NCBI GenBank assembly: GCA_965644315.1
Contig: CBFFRQ010000180.1
Coordinates: 48,612 to 112,611, forward strand
Source: Caecitellus pseudoparvulus
Lineage: Eukaryota; Protista; Bigyra: Bicosoecida
Direction: 5' to 3'
DNA length: 64,000 bases
Numbering within the stretch: the stretch's first letter is position 1; the number at the start of each line of letters is the position of its first letter. A program made the translations under genes and the position numbers. The notes under the pieces are model-generated. The model saw nothing but the letters and a program-made list of their open reading frames with translations, had not been told where the DNA came from and did not search any database. Shown here piece by piece: positions 1 to 11,000 of this stretch.

Positions 1-819
1 GGCGGCGGGGGGGGTGACGCAAAGGAAGCCAGGCCTGGGATGACCGCCGAGTGTGGCGTGGCGGAAGTGTACTCTTCGGGCAGGCTACGCAGCGCGTCCA
101 GGACCACCGACCGCACGGCCTCCGTGACAGGCACAGGGTCCCGCGCATCCAGCATGCAGAAGGGCACAGCCATGCTTTCTGCCGCCGCCTCCAGGTCCGG
201 GGCCGTCACTTCACAGTGACGGGGCTCCACCTCCCCCCGGCTGGCCACCAAGAGCATGGGAATGCCGCCGCAGTGGTCCAACACCACCTCTTGCCACGCA
301 GCGGCTGCGCGCAGACTCGACGGGTCTTCCATAGACGCCAGCAGTAGCGCTCCACCGGCGCCGTTGAAGTAGGAGGCAGCTACATTTGAGAAGTCCCCGG
401 CTCCTGAGCGTGGCGCAAGGAAGACAGTGCCGGTTCCTGTCGCTCTTGCGGGGCGCTGGGTGGGGGACTCACCGGAAAAGTCCCAGAACATGACACGAGT
501 GCTGTGGCCTCCCTTGTGTACGAGGTCCCGCTCCATGAAGTCGGCCCCTGCGAGGTGCGGCAGTGAGTGACGGGCAGCTGTCAACGGCAAGCAGGCTGTG
601 GGCCGACCCACCGACTGTGGGCTTCGCCATGGAGGGAGGGGAGCCCTTGCAGAAAGTGTGCACGAATGTGGTCTTGCCAGTGCTCTCGCCGCCTACGACG
701 AGCACCTTCACCGTGCCTGCGCAATCACGCGGTGCACCGTGGTGCCAGCGACAGGCCGCCGGCGCCAGGAGCGCCGCCCATCACTCACTCTCCAAGTCCT
801 GGAAGTCTTCTTCTTCCAT
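1..819 (-). CDS. Rab23-like small GTPase, divergent; 3' end runs off the window
   Basis: Manual splicing (GT-AG introns 717-788, 548-611, 404-472) gives MEEEDFQDLESTVKVLVVGGESTGKTTFVHTFCKG...KPTVGADFMERDL...VMFWDFSGAGDFSNVAASYFNGAGG...WQEVVLDHCGGIPMLLV. The acidic N-terminus, P-loop, xCKG and TVGADF motifs resemble Rab23. Confidence 0.75.
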
Positions 820-1086
820 GACCAGGGGAGTTCCAACTTGCAGTTTTCCGCACAGACCACTCCGTCTCAGGTCCGTGCCTGGCCCCAAGTTGCGAGGTCA
901 GGGGCGACCTCACCTGCCTGGGCCAGGTGCGGAAAAAGGGCCAGACACGCCTAACCGGCACCTGCCCTGCAGGTAAGTTTCGCGCCAGACCAAATTACAA
1001 ACAAACCTGGATACGCCACCCTCGGTGAAGTTTTGAGTTTGCCCCTCTTGCCTTGATTAAGCGTGAACCCCCTCGGTACAGGCGAC

Positions 1087-1955
1087 ATGGCCAAGAAGAC
1101 TGCCTCCACGAAGGAGGCAGGGGAGACGCGCACTTCCCTGCCACTGACTGCGCGCAGCGTGGACCTGCTCATCAGCTTCTACTACATCATCTTCATCTTC
1201 ACCGTGTCCTTCACTGACCTGCACAACTTCACGGCAAGCGTGCTGCGAGTGGAGGTGAAGGACCTGGAGAACATGGACCTTGCGTGAGTGCGGAAGAGAA
1301 TGACCCGGCAACTTCCGACCACCACACCCCCGCCTGCTGCGCCGCAACAGGTACCCCCCCAAGTTCCTGACCGACCTCTACTTCAAGTGGGCCCGCACCG
1401 TGGACCCCCTGCTGTACGAGAACCCCATGTGGTGGCAGGCCATCGAGTGGGTGAACCTCCTGGTGCTGACGCCATATGCTCTCCTGGCTGTCATCGGCTT
1501 CCCCCTTGGCTGGCGCTGGCTGCGCAACCCCGGCATGATCGTGTCCTCGTTCACGGCGTACAGCCTGGCTGCCATCATCCCCGCTACGCTGTACGTGCGC
1601 GGGGTGCCTCACGCTGGTGCTTCCCTGCCCACATCACTTGCCTTTCACATCCACCACCCCCCCGCACAGCTTCGGCAACGACCCGACCCCCAACCCCCAT
1701 GTCTTCTGCTGGGTGTATATTCCCTACGCCATCTTCCCCCTGCTCATCATCCTGCGCTTGTGGGGTGAGCGGCCTTTTGAGACCAAGCTGTCTGGATTCG
1801 CGTCAACCATCATCTGGCTGGTCGGCACCGTCACCCTGGCCCTCTTCTTCACCTACTGCCTCAAGTGGTTCGTCGTCTACGAGCCTGGCATGCTGCCTTC
1901 CGAGGTGTTGGATGTTGTGAAGGGGCCCATGGACCAACTGCCTGGTGGGTTGTGA
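1087..1955 (+). CDS. EXPERA-domain (TMEM97/EBP-like) membrane protein, 2 introns
   Basis: Spliced frame MAKKTAST...DLLISFYYIIF...LTDLYFKWARTVDPLLYENPMWW...EWVNLLVLTPY...WVYIPYAIFPLLI. The DPL...P.W...E and YxPYxxxP patterns are typical of EXPERA. Introns about 1284-1350 and 1591-1669. Confidence 0.8.
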
Positions 1956-2068
1956 CTCGGCTTGCAACCCCTTCGCAGCGCAGTGCGCTGCCTGAATGCA
2001 TGACAAATCCCCGCCTCCCCAGGCTCCCTGTCCAGAGGCATAGCACTACCCACCACACTGCCTAAAAC

Positions 2069-3469
2069 ATGGCAGCAAGCAGCGTTGGCGGCGGGGGCAC
2101 GTCAGCGCCAGCCCTGCTGCCACACGCGCCTTCCATTCCAGCTGCACCCTCGCGCCAGCTGTGTGCCAGAGCTGTCACTGCACCCCTTTGGGTATGGCTG
2201 GTGCTGTTCGTTGCAATTACGTGCATGTCAGCTGGTATGGCCGCAGCCCGCGCATGTTGCCCTGGGCAGTGCATTCTGAGCAGCACACGAATTCCGCACC
2301 ACCTTCGATGTGCAGGAGGTGTGCTGTTCGCCCTGATGAAAGGCGTGCCGCCCTTCAACAAGGCTGCTTGGCGGCTGTGGTGGACAAGTTTCCTGCAGCT
2401 GGTCCCCTTTGCGCTGCAGACCTGGCACCGCACACAGGGAGGCGGCGGGATTTCGTCACATGCAGAGGCACAACAAAGTGCCACAACCACTGTGGCCGCC
2501 ACACATCGCGTGCCGCCGCAGCGCATGCCGCCGGCTCGGCCCAAGAAACCCTCACGGCGTGCCTTTTGGAGGCGGTGGTGGGCCAGTCTCCCTGGCCTTT
2601 GTGCCATCGGCTGCGTGCTGGCTCTGCACTTTGGAGCTTGGAGCTGGTCCGTCAACCACACGACCCTGGCGCGGAGCCTGTTGTTCGTGACGACACACCC
2701 CATGCTGGGAGTCCTGGGGAGTCTCTCAGCCGCGGGCATTCTTCTTATCGCCAGGCACACGTGTGGCACAGGGCTTTGGCCTTCCGCCTGGCACCCACGC
2801 TGGCCAACTGGTCTCGAACTTCTGGGCACCACGGTCGCCCTCGCCGGCGCTGCAGCCATGGTGCTGCCAGATGCAGATGAGGGGACTGGCGCAAACTCCA
2901 GCGCTCCATCCCTTGCAGGAGACGCCGCTGCCGTGCTGGGCGCCGCTGCCATGGCGGTGTACTTGTGGGCGGGCGCGGCGGCGAGGAAGTGGCAGCCGCT
3001 GTGGTTGTACGCATTCCCTGTCACCCTCTCGGCAGCTGTGACTGCCTCCCTCGCCAGCTGGGCAGCGGAGCCCGGCATTTCCCTGGCAGGCTCTGGCGGC
3101 CTGGGCCTGTTTGGCTGGGCAGCAGGCGGGCGCCTCACGACGCTGGCCTTTCTCTCCGGCTTCGTGTCTGGCATCCTGGGGCACTCCCTCGCCATCCTCG
3201 CCCTGGCCCACCTCCCACCCCTCATCGTCTCTGTGAGTTTGCTCTTGGAGCCACTGCTGGGTTCGCTCATCGGCTGGGCTTTGGGAGAGCAAGGTGTGCC
3301 CAGCGCGTGGACAGCTCTGGGCGGCTCGCTTCTGCTGATGGGGGTGGCAGCCATCACTGTGGGCCAGCCCCCAGTCGCTGATAGTGGCGGTGGTCCGGAC
3401 ACCCCAGTGTGTGTCAGGTCTGATGCAGGGCGTCCCAAGGCAGGCAGGCCCGCTGTGCGTGCAGTGTGA
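2069..3469 (+). CDS. DMT/EamA-family drug/metabolite transporter
   Basis: Multi-TM ORF with WRL, LALHFGAWSWSVNHTTLARSLLFVTTHP, GDAAAVLGA and GILGHSL...VSVSLLLEPLLGSLIGW motifs. Likely in-frame intron at about 2235-2315. Confidence 0.85.
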   Translation: MAASSVGGGGTSAPALLPHAPSIPAAPSRQLCARAVTAPLWVWLVLFVAITCMSAGMAAARACCPGQCILSSTRIPHHLRCAGGVLFALMKGVPPFNKAAWRLWWTSFLQLVPFALQTWHRTQGGGGISSHAEAQQSATTTVAATHRVPPQRMPPARPKKPSRRAFWRRWWASLPGLCAIGCVLALHFGAWSWSVNHTTLARSLLFVTTHPMLGVLGSLSAAGILLIARHTCGTGLWPSAWHPRWPTGLELLGTTVALAGAAAMVLPDADEGTGANSSAPSLAGDAAAVLGAAAMAVYLWAGAAARKWQPLWLYAFPVTLSAAVTASLASWAAEPGISLAGSGGLGLFGWAAGGRLTTLAFLSGFVSGILGHSLAILALAHLPPLIVSVSLLLEPLLGSLIGWALGEQGVPSAWTALGGSLLLMGVAAITVGQPPVADSGGGPDTPVCVRSDAGRPKAGRPAVRAV

Positions 3470-3470
3470 A

Positions 3471-3517
3471 TTCAAGAGGCACCCGGGCAGGACCTGCCTT
3501 GTGAGCGCCTCCATCGT
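3471..3517 (-). promoter_or_regulatory. Candidate type-II SECIS element with non-canonical ACGA core
   Basis: Minus strand reads A-CGAU-GGAGGCGCUC-ACAA-GGCAG-GUC-CUGCC-C-GGGUGCCUCU-UGAA. This gives a tandem GA/AG core, a 10-bp helix II, unpaired apical AA and a 5-bp mini-helix, about 125 nt downstream of the UGA. Confidence 0.7.
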
Positions 3518-3634
3518 GAGTGCGGGAAGCGGGCATGTTCCTGCCCGCTTCCCGCGCTGCGTTAACAAAAAGCAACAATCCGCCAACCCCCCCCAGACAA
3601 AGCGCTGTGCGCAGCCATGTGGCCAGCACAGCGC

Positions 3635-4168
3635 TTACCCTCAGCCGCCTCGCTTGCGCAGCGCCGCGCGGCGGTCTGCCCCCCACCGAACTGGCCTCTT
3701 GCCGCCACCTCCACCCGCTGCAGAAGTGGCGGAATGGCGTTGACCGCATGTCTGCGGTGCAAGCATGCGTAGCGCGGGAAACTCACGAGGAATGATGGGG
3801 CAGAGCTTCTTCTCTTCTTTGGCCTTGGCAGCAGCACGCTCTTTGAGCTCTTGGCGTTTCTCTTCGCTCATGGCGGCAAACTTCGCTGCTTGAGCCTCGC
3901 GGACACGGCGACGGTCTTCGTCCAAGACTGCCACGCGGTCTGGAGCCGTTGCCTCGGCCCTGGACCTGGACATGCGCCACTCGTGCAGCTGGCGCTGCAC
4001 TGAAGGGGCCACCGTGACGTAGATGACCACCGCCAGGACGATCCACCAACCGTACTGTTCAAAGAAAGCTGCGATGGGCGTCAAGACTGGGTCAATCCCC
4101 AGCCAGGATGAGGGCGCCTCTGACGCCGCTTCAACAGCCGCGGCATCGTCAGGCTTGCGCACGTCCAT
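3635..4168 (-). CDS. SELENOS: Selenoprotein S (SelS/VIMP)-like; UGA at 3641-3643 read as Sec
   Basis: Single TM (FFEQYGWWIVLAVVIY), then a coiled coil (EDRRRVREAQ...EEKRQELKE), then a Gly/Arg-rich tail. Removing the 69-nt intron 3718-3786 gives ...PIIPPGGGGGKRPVRWGADRRAALRKRGG-TGA-GGG-TAA, i.e. a C-terminal GGUG as in SelS. Confidence 0.88.
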
Positions 4169-4554
4169 GGCTCCGAAACGCAAGCCCACGAAACGCAGCT
4201 CCCACACTGCACCACCAGCCGCCTGCACTCAGTGGGAGACGCAGAATGAGACAGCACACGAGCATTCTCATGCCCGGGCTGCTATCGTGTGCATGCATTT
4301 TGCACTACGCTCAATTTCTTGGAGCTGCCGTACAGGAGCCGCTTGAGCCCCCTCAACACGCCGAGAGAGTGCAGGCACAGTAACCCTCTCCCGCAACAAG
4401 TGATCGCCGCAGCTAAATCACACAAGTGCACGCCCTGTCCGCTTGCATCATTGCCAGCTTCGCCCCGCCTGCTGCTCACCCGCCCCAGCACTGGCTGCCC
4501 GAGTGTCGCAGTGCCTGCTGCACGCTTTTCACCCCGCCTCCTCACACCGCCAAC

Positions 4555-5458
4555 ATGGCCAAGGGAGACAAGGACGTAACGAAAGGCATGAGCCTGCTGG
4601 AGCGCAACTTCTGCGCCTACGCTGAGTGCGTGCGACGCTGCGCTGCAGATCTTGCGGAAGTTGCGGGACTTGACACGCCGCTGAGCTCACGTGATGCCCT
4701 CTGTCGTGTGGCGTCTCAGGTACCACTGGGACCCCATCAACCAGTGGATCCACATCATTTTTGTCCCATGCATCTTCTGGTCCGCTGCTGTGATGCTTGG
4801 ACATGTCAGTGAGTGCACAGCCACGCCTCCTCACCCCGTCGGGCTGGCTCCCGCAGCAAGTTGCAACATGGCCTCGCGTGCCTGCCTCCAGGTCCTGTCG
4901 TGGACAAGGTCGCGCCTGAACTGGCCCAGCACTTCCCCCTGGGGGGTGTCTTTGGAGACAACCTCTCCCTCCTCCCCTTGGTTTTGTATGCTTCCTTCTA
5001 CGTCATCCTCGGCTTCTCTGACGGCAAGGCTTGGCTGGGGTTCCTGGCAGCGAGCATGATCACTGGCCTCGTTGCTGCTGCAAACATTTTCCTGACGCAG
5101 TACAGCGCGCCCGAGAGCATGCCCTTTGCCACTGTGTGGAACGTCGCCATTGCCCTGCACATCTTCGGGTGGGCAGTGCAGTTCTACGGCCACGGTGCGT
5201 GGTGTCCACTGTCGAAACATTCGCTCCGCGCCGTACCCCACGACCCACCTTTCCCCACACTCTGCAGGAGTCCACGAGGGCCGCAGCCCTGCTCTACTGG
5301 ACAACTTGTTCCAGGCTATCTTCGCGGCGCCCATTTTCGTGCTTATGGAAGTGCTCATGAAGCTGGGCTTCCTCCTGGAGTTCAAGGGCAAGGTCGCCTC
5401 CCACGTGGAGCAAGCCATCGCCAAGTTCAAGGCCAGCAAAGGGAAGAAGGCCAACTGA
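4555..5458 (+). CDS. Mpo1/DUF962 family ER membrane protein (2-hydroxy fatty acid dioxygenase-like), 3 introns
   Basis: Spliced: ...FCAYAEYHWDPINQWIHIIFVP...LHIFGWAVQFYGHGVHEGRSPALLDNLFQAIFAAPIFVLME. Contains the YH..P.N..IH and QFxGH..xEGRxPAL motifs. Confidence 0.9.
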
Positions 5459-5769
5459 ATTCTTCGACCGCTTCTGGAACGGTACAAATGCAGCTATTGA
5501 AAGCGATTGAGCAGCCTGCCTCACCCGAGTGGGCCCCAGTTGACCCCCTCCAAGGAGCCGCCCTGCTCAGCCAGCGCGTCACCTCAAAAACCCCTCCGCC
5601 AAGCAAACCCACATCACAAGTCACACGCATTAGTGAACTTTCAGGGATAGCTTAACATCCCAGCTGTCGCTTCCTCCAGTGTGCCAGCTCAAGGTAGACG
5701 CGGGAAGACCCCGCAATTTCCGCGCCAAACCGTGCTCACACCGACCCCCTTCACAAGCGCGCTTCAAGC

Positions 5770-7958
5770 ATGGCAGCCCTTGACCTGTCGGTGACAGGGA
5801 CAGGTGTTAAGCCTGGCCCCAGTAGTACACGGCAGAAATCACGCGCCAAAGGGCTGCAGAGCTCCAGGGTGAGTATGCTAGGGCGTTTCTGGAGTCAACG
5901 AGCCGCGCCATCCCTGAATACGTTGCAAGCACGGGGCGAGCAGGGAGCTTTCCCCAGCCCCTTCCGATACAACTTCAGACACTTCTTACACTGCTTCGCC
6001 CTTACAGGTACCCATGCTGGACAGCGCGACAGCGCTGAGCATAATGGAGGACAAGCTGTGCTCCCGATACAAGAGCGTCAAGGACGCCTTCGTGCACATG
6101 GACTACGATCTGGATGGCCGCATTTCCGCCGCAGAGTTCAGAGTCACTCTGGATCTCATGGGGCTTGTCATGTCGGACGAGGAGTTCCTCAGGCTGTGGC
6201 AGTACTTCGACACGGAGGGTGTCGGGTTCCTGAACTACACCGCATTCAACAACAAGGTGGGAGCCATGATCCACCCCCCGATCACCAAGCCTGTGATCGA
6301 CCGGCCCCAAACCCCTCGAGTACGCCGTGCAAATGCCAAGCGGATCGCTTCCCGACTCAAGAAGACCATGCTCAACTTGCGCGACGCGTTCAACATGATC
6401 GACTCAGACCACAGCGGGCGCATCTCACACGCTGAGTTCATCCAGGCCCTGCGACATGTTGGACTGAACAAAATTGGGCATGATCAGAGTTACGAGCTCA
6501 TGGTGAAGGTGAGGAGGCCAGGCAGGGACGGCCCGCCGCCCACGCCCGCCCTTGTGTTCGCAAGTACACGCCGACGCGCCCGCCTTCGCTGCGCAGCACA
6601 AGCCTGCCGACGACTTGGAGGACGGAATAACGTACGAGACGTTCGTCAAGACGATGGAGGACTACTTGAACTGTGAGAGAACATGCCAGCCGTATGCTGG
6701 CAGCGCGGCTCGCACTGCTCCAGCACTGCTACGCTACGCAGATGATGCAGCGGAGGCCAACGCACAAGCCGCAGGAGTCTACGACGAAGAGCCACTGCTA
6801 AGCTTGAACCACGCTGAGAAGCTGCTCGCTGAAAAGCTGTGGGGCAAGTTCGCCGCCGTTCAGCGAGCGTTCCGTGCCTTCGACTCAGACAAGTCCGGCG
6901 CCCTGTCGTACGATGAGTTCAGAGCAGCCTTGCGCACGCTGGGCGTCAACCTGTCAGACCCAGACTTCAAGGAGCTAGTCCTCAAGTACGACACAAACGG
7001 GGACGGAGAAATCTCCTACGACGAGTTCAACGCAGTTGTCGGCCCACTCATCCACCCCGAAGCCATCAACACCAACAAGTTGCACCAAACCATGATGGAG
7101 CACGCTGGCGCACAGACAAGCGCCTTGCATTACAGGCCAGATGCCAAACTCGGAGCGGCCAAAATCAAAAAGGTCATGAGCCTTGAGGAACGCGCAGCCA
7201 TGGTGGCTCCGATCCTTGGCCTGATGCAGTGCGAAACGATATTTGCACAGTCGCTGTTCGGGCGCTACAAGGAGCTTGCGGCCGCTTTCCGGGAAGCAGA
7301 CGTTGATGGCTCAGGGGAGCTGTCAAAATCTGAGTTCCACGCCCTGCTACGAAGCTTGGGTGTGAAGATGGCGGACGAACACATCGCGCAGCTCGTGGAC
7401 AAGTACGACCAGAACGGCGATGGAGGGATCAGCTATGACGAGCTGGCCGCGCGACTGGGGCCCCTCATGAAGGGTGGAGATCATGCAGCTGCTGCCCTTG
7501 GCATGCACATTGAGGTCGAGGGCGCGAAGCCTGTCTCTTCGTACGCTGGCAGCCGCGGCAGCACGGCTGCTGAGAGCAAGCACAGCGCCTTCGCTCAGGG
7601 CGGGAAACGCACGCCCCGGAAGGATGTAGACTGGGACCGCATGTCCTTTGACGATGCTGCATCTGTATCGACCTTGTCCACATCCGCCGTCGATGTCAAG
7701 GGCGTCGAGGCGCGCATGCGACGAGTCTTGGGCCGCTCCTGGATGAGCGTGTACAAAGGTTTGCAGAAAGAACAGGTGTCAGGCTCAGTCTCCAGCGACC
7801 GTTTCCGGGACCTCATGGCCAAGAGGGGTGTCCCTCTCACGTCAAAGGAGGTGCGCGCGCTGGGGCGAGCCCATGGTGTGCCCGCCGCTGCTGCAACGGG
7901 CGGCATTCCGTACGAGGATGTCATGCGGGCGACGTTCTCGAAGGGTGCGGGACTGTAA
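5770..7958 (+). CDS. Multi-EF-hand calcium-binding protein, 3 introns
   Basis: Repeated EF loops: DYDLDGRISAAE, DSDHSGRISHAE, DSDKSGALSYDE, DTNGDGEISYDE, DVDGSGELSKSE, DQNGDGGISYDE. First intron 5869-6007. Confidence 0.9.
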
Positions 7959-8029
7959 TGCATGCACATTGCGGTGAATTTCCATGCGGTACAAAAGAGT
8001 CTACGCCCCGTCGTCGTGCCGGAGACACC

Positions 8030-11000
8030 TCAGGATCCCCCTTGCCCTCGCCCTCGCCCACCCCTGCCACCTCGTCCACGCCCACGCCCTCGCCCTCGCC
8101 CTCGCCCTCGCCCTCGCCCTCGCCCCCGGCCACCGCCCTTCTCGTGCCCTGCACCTTCCCCGTGTCTTTGCGCTTTTCCTCGCGCGGCTCTTCCTCGTGC
8201 ACTCCCACGTCCACGTCCACGTCCACGTCCAGCTGACCCATGGGTGGACGCCCCAGCGTGCCCGCCATGCCTTGCAGGCGGCCTGGAGGTCAGCAAGATC
8301 CCAGGAGCCGGCGCGCGCCTGTGGCCGGTTGCCTTCGACCCAGCACACAGCATGTCCAAAAAGCCGCTGACAACCTTGGAAGCTTGTTCTGTTTCCCCTC
8401 CACTGATCTTTCTATGATACGGCGTCAGGCGCGAGAGAATAAGGAGGGCGAAAGCTTTGGACAGCTCCGCTCTAAGCAAGGCCATGCCAGCAGCTACACC
8501 CGGCGGTGCAGCGTACGCAAGCCAGGAGTTGAGGCCCACAACCACTTCACCTGGGCGGGAGTCTGACTTGTACAGCACCCAGCGCTCAAGAGCCTCGGCG
8601 TCGACTGACTCTGCGTCTGTCTGGGCACAGGCCTGTCCCCCACCGACAGTTTCCCAACCGGATTCCTCCAGCTCGTCGTCGCGTGCAGGTCGAGAGGGCG
8701 CAAGACTCGCGATGATCTCTCCGTCGCTGTCCACAGCCGCTGCAGCACCCCGAGCTCCGCCGCCAGTCATCAGATCTGTGCGTGCCGCGGCTGCCGAAGC
8801 GTTCCAGCTGCCTGCCTCCGAGGTGGCATGTGCAACGTGCAGCTCTTTCATGGACCGCTTGTGGGCCCTGCCAGCCTTGAACAGCATGCTTCCAACAGCT
8901 GATGCAAGGCTGCCGGGCAAGGACTCGTCTTCGTCGCTGCTGTCCGCAGATGGCGAGCCGGATGGAGGCCGCTTCGCGGCTTGGCCTTGCTTTGCCAACA
9001 CCTGCTCCAAGGATTCCGCTTCCAGCGCTGGCAGGCTGGACAAATCAAGGCTGTCCGACGAGTCTCGCCCAGCAAGCACCAGCAAAGCCAGGAGAGGAAC
9101 GTTGCTCAGGTTTCGGATGGTGTTCTTCCTTCCTAGTCGTGTGAGCTCTTCGTAGGCCACAAGGATGCCGCCTTGCTGCTGGGCTTGGGAGGTCTGACTT
9201 GCCAGCGTGCGGCCGATGAGGGAGCTTCGGTGCACGGCCGCTGAGTCGACAGCATCCACTCTCACGGTGGGAAACCGTGCAGGCTTCTGTGGCAGGAACC
9301 GTGCAATGCGAGGGTACATGCCCACAGCCAAGGCCGCTTGCACCACCTCCAGTTGCCTGGCCGAGCGATTCATGAAGCCGCGAGGCCCCACCTCGGATTT
9401 AAACACCACCTTGGCAGAGAGAAGTTCCTGCAACACCTGGTGCCGCATGCCCTCCACCATCATCAGCGCCGGGAAGGAGAGGAAGTTTGCGCGGCAATAC
9501 CCATGTGCTGCGCTCATGCCACCACGGCGCTTGGCCGCTGCGTAGCCGTCAAAAGCGCCCAGCATGGCCAAGTGGTCGGACCCTGTGCCTCCCGACATGG
9601 ATGCGCGAATGGCAGTGGCCCGTGCCTGGTCCCCTGCGCGTGTGGCCAGTGCAAAGGGGCTGCGGTACGACACAGTGCAGGCGATGGTGAGGACTGGGTC
9701 CAGCACGCCCAGTAGGCAGCCGATGAGGATCATCTTGCCCATGTCTGGCGGGACGGGCATGTGCAGGAGCGCTCTGCCGAGGGGGGTCAGGCGCTGCCTG
9801 ACGCAATCTTGACCTCCCACAGCTACAGAGTGCTGGTGCAGCGCTCCCAACTGCACAAGCAGGCGCACTGCCCGCTGCACACTCAACGCAAGGGGGGGCT
9901 CAGGGGCCGTGGCCATGAACGCTTCAATTTCCCCAGAAACAGCGCGTGAGGCGCCAGGGCTGCTTGCTCCTCCCCCCGACAGACCTTGAACATCGCCGAG
10001 GTCCAAGGCTTTGACCCGAAGGCACAGCTCCTCCAGTGGGGTGCTGAGCATCTCGGCGATGTCGTGGGGGTTCAGCGCTGCGTGCCGCGACCTGGAGAAG
10101 AGGTGGTACGCAATGCCTGGGCGCACACGACCGGCCCGTCCTGCACGCTGTCGAGCGCTTGCCTGGGATACCCACCGCGACTTAAGGGACGAGCAGCCTG
10201 TATAGGGGTCAAACATCTTGGACTTCCCCTTTCCAGAGTCGATCACGTACACGACGTCGTCGATGGTGATGGACGTCTCGGCAATGTTGGTGGACAGGAC
10301 GACCTTGGTCTTGCCTTTAGGGGGCTTCCGGAACACTTGCCGCTGCTCTGAAGTGGGGATAGCTGAGTGCAGAGGGAGCACCCACGTCAGGCTGTTAAGG
10401 TAGGGGTGCTCCTCGATGAGGGCCTGCGTTCGGGAGATGTCATCCCACCCAGGGAGGAAGACTAGGATGGCACCAGCGACTGCGTCTGCACGCGCTGCGC
10501 CCTGCTGGTGCTGCACAATGGACTCCACCAAGGCTGTGATGAGGTCACAGTCAACATTTTCGTCGTCGTGCAGTCCCATGTACTGCTGTAGCAGCGCCTG
10601 CACAGGGTCGGACTCGGCGGCTTCCTCCAGCGCCTCCTGCGCGTCGGCGTGCTTAAGGCGGCCTCTCTTGTCCCGGGATCTACCCTCAGTTTCAGTTGCC
10701 AGTGCTGCCATGAGGCTACCGAGGCTGTTTGTAGGGGCATCCACCGGGGGAGGCGGCGGCCGAGCAGCGGTGGTTGCCATGGCGCTCCCTGCGCAGGAGG
10801 GATCCAGGAAAGCTTCCGCGGAGAGCGCAGAGGATGGTTTCTGGGCGTCCCCTGATGAAGGTGCAGCGGGCTTGCCTTGAGGGAGGCCGTCGGGCACTGT
10901 GCCGGGCCCTTGGCACAGGGCCACGTGAGTTGCGAAGTCTCCCACAGAGTCCAGGACATACTTGCACAACTTGCACTGGTAGTCCACATCCCGAGCCACC

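Noticed and set aside
976-988. E2F-like TTTCGCGC site (similar sequences near 5717 and 32795)
   Set aside because: The motifs are short and inexact, and the adjacent genes are not cell-cycle genes; support is insufficient.
3752-3786. Alternative 35-nt intron in the SelS gene (acceptor CCGCAG at 3752)
   Set aside because: It is much shorter than other introns here and shifts the frame away from the GGUG end. The 69-nt intron fits better.
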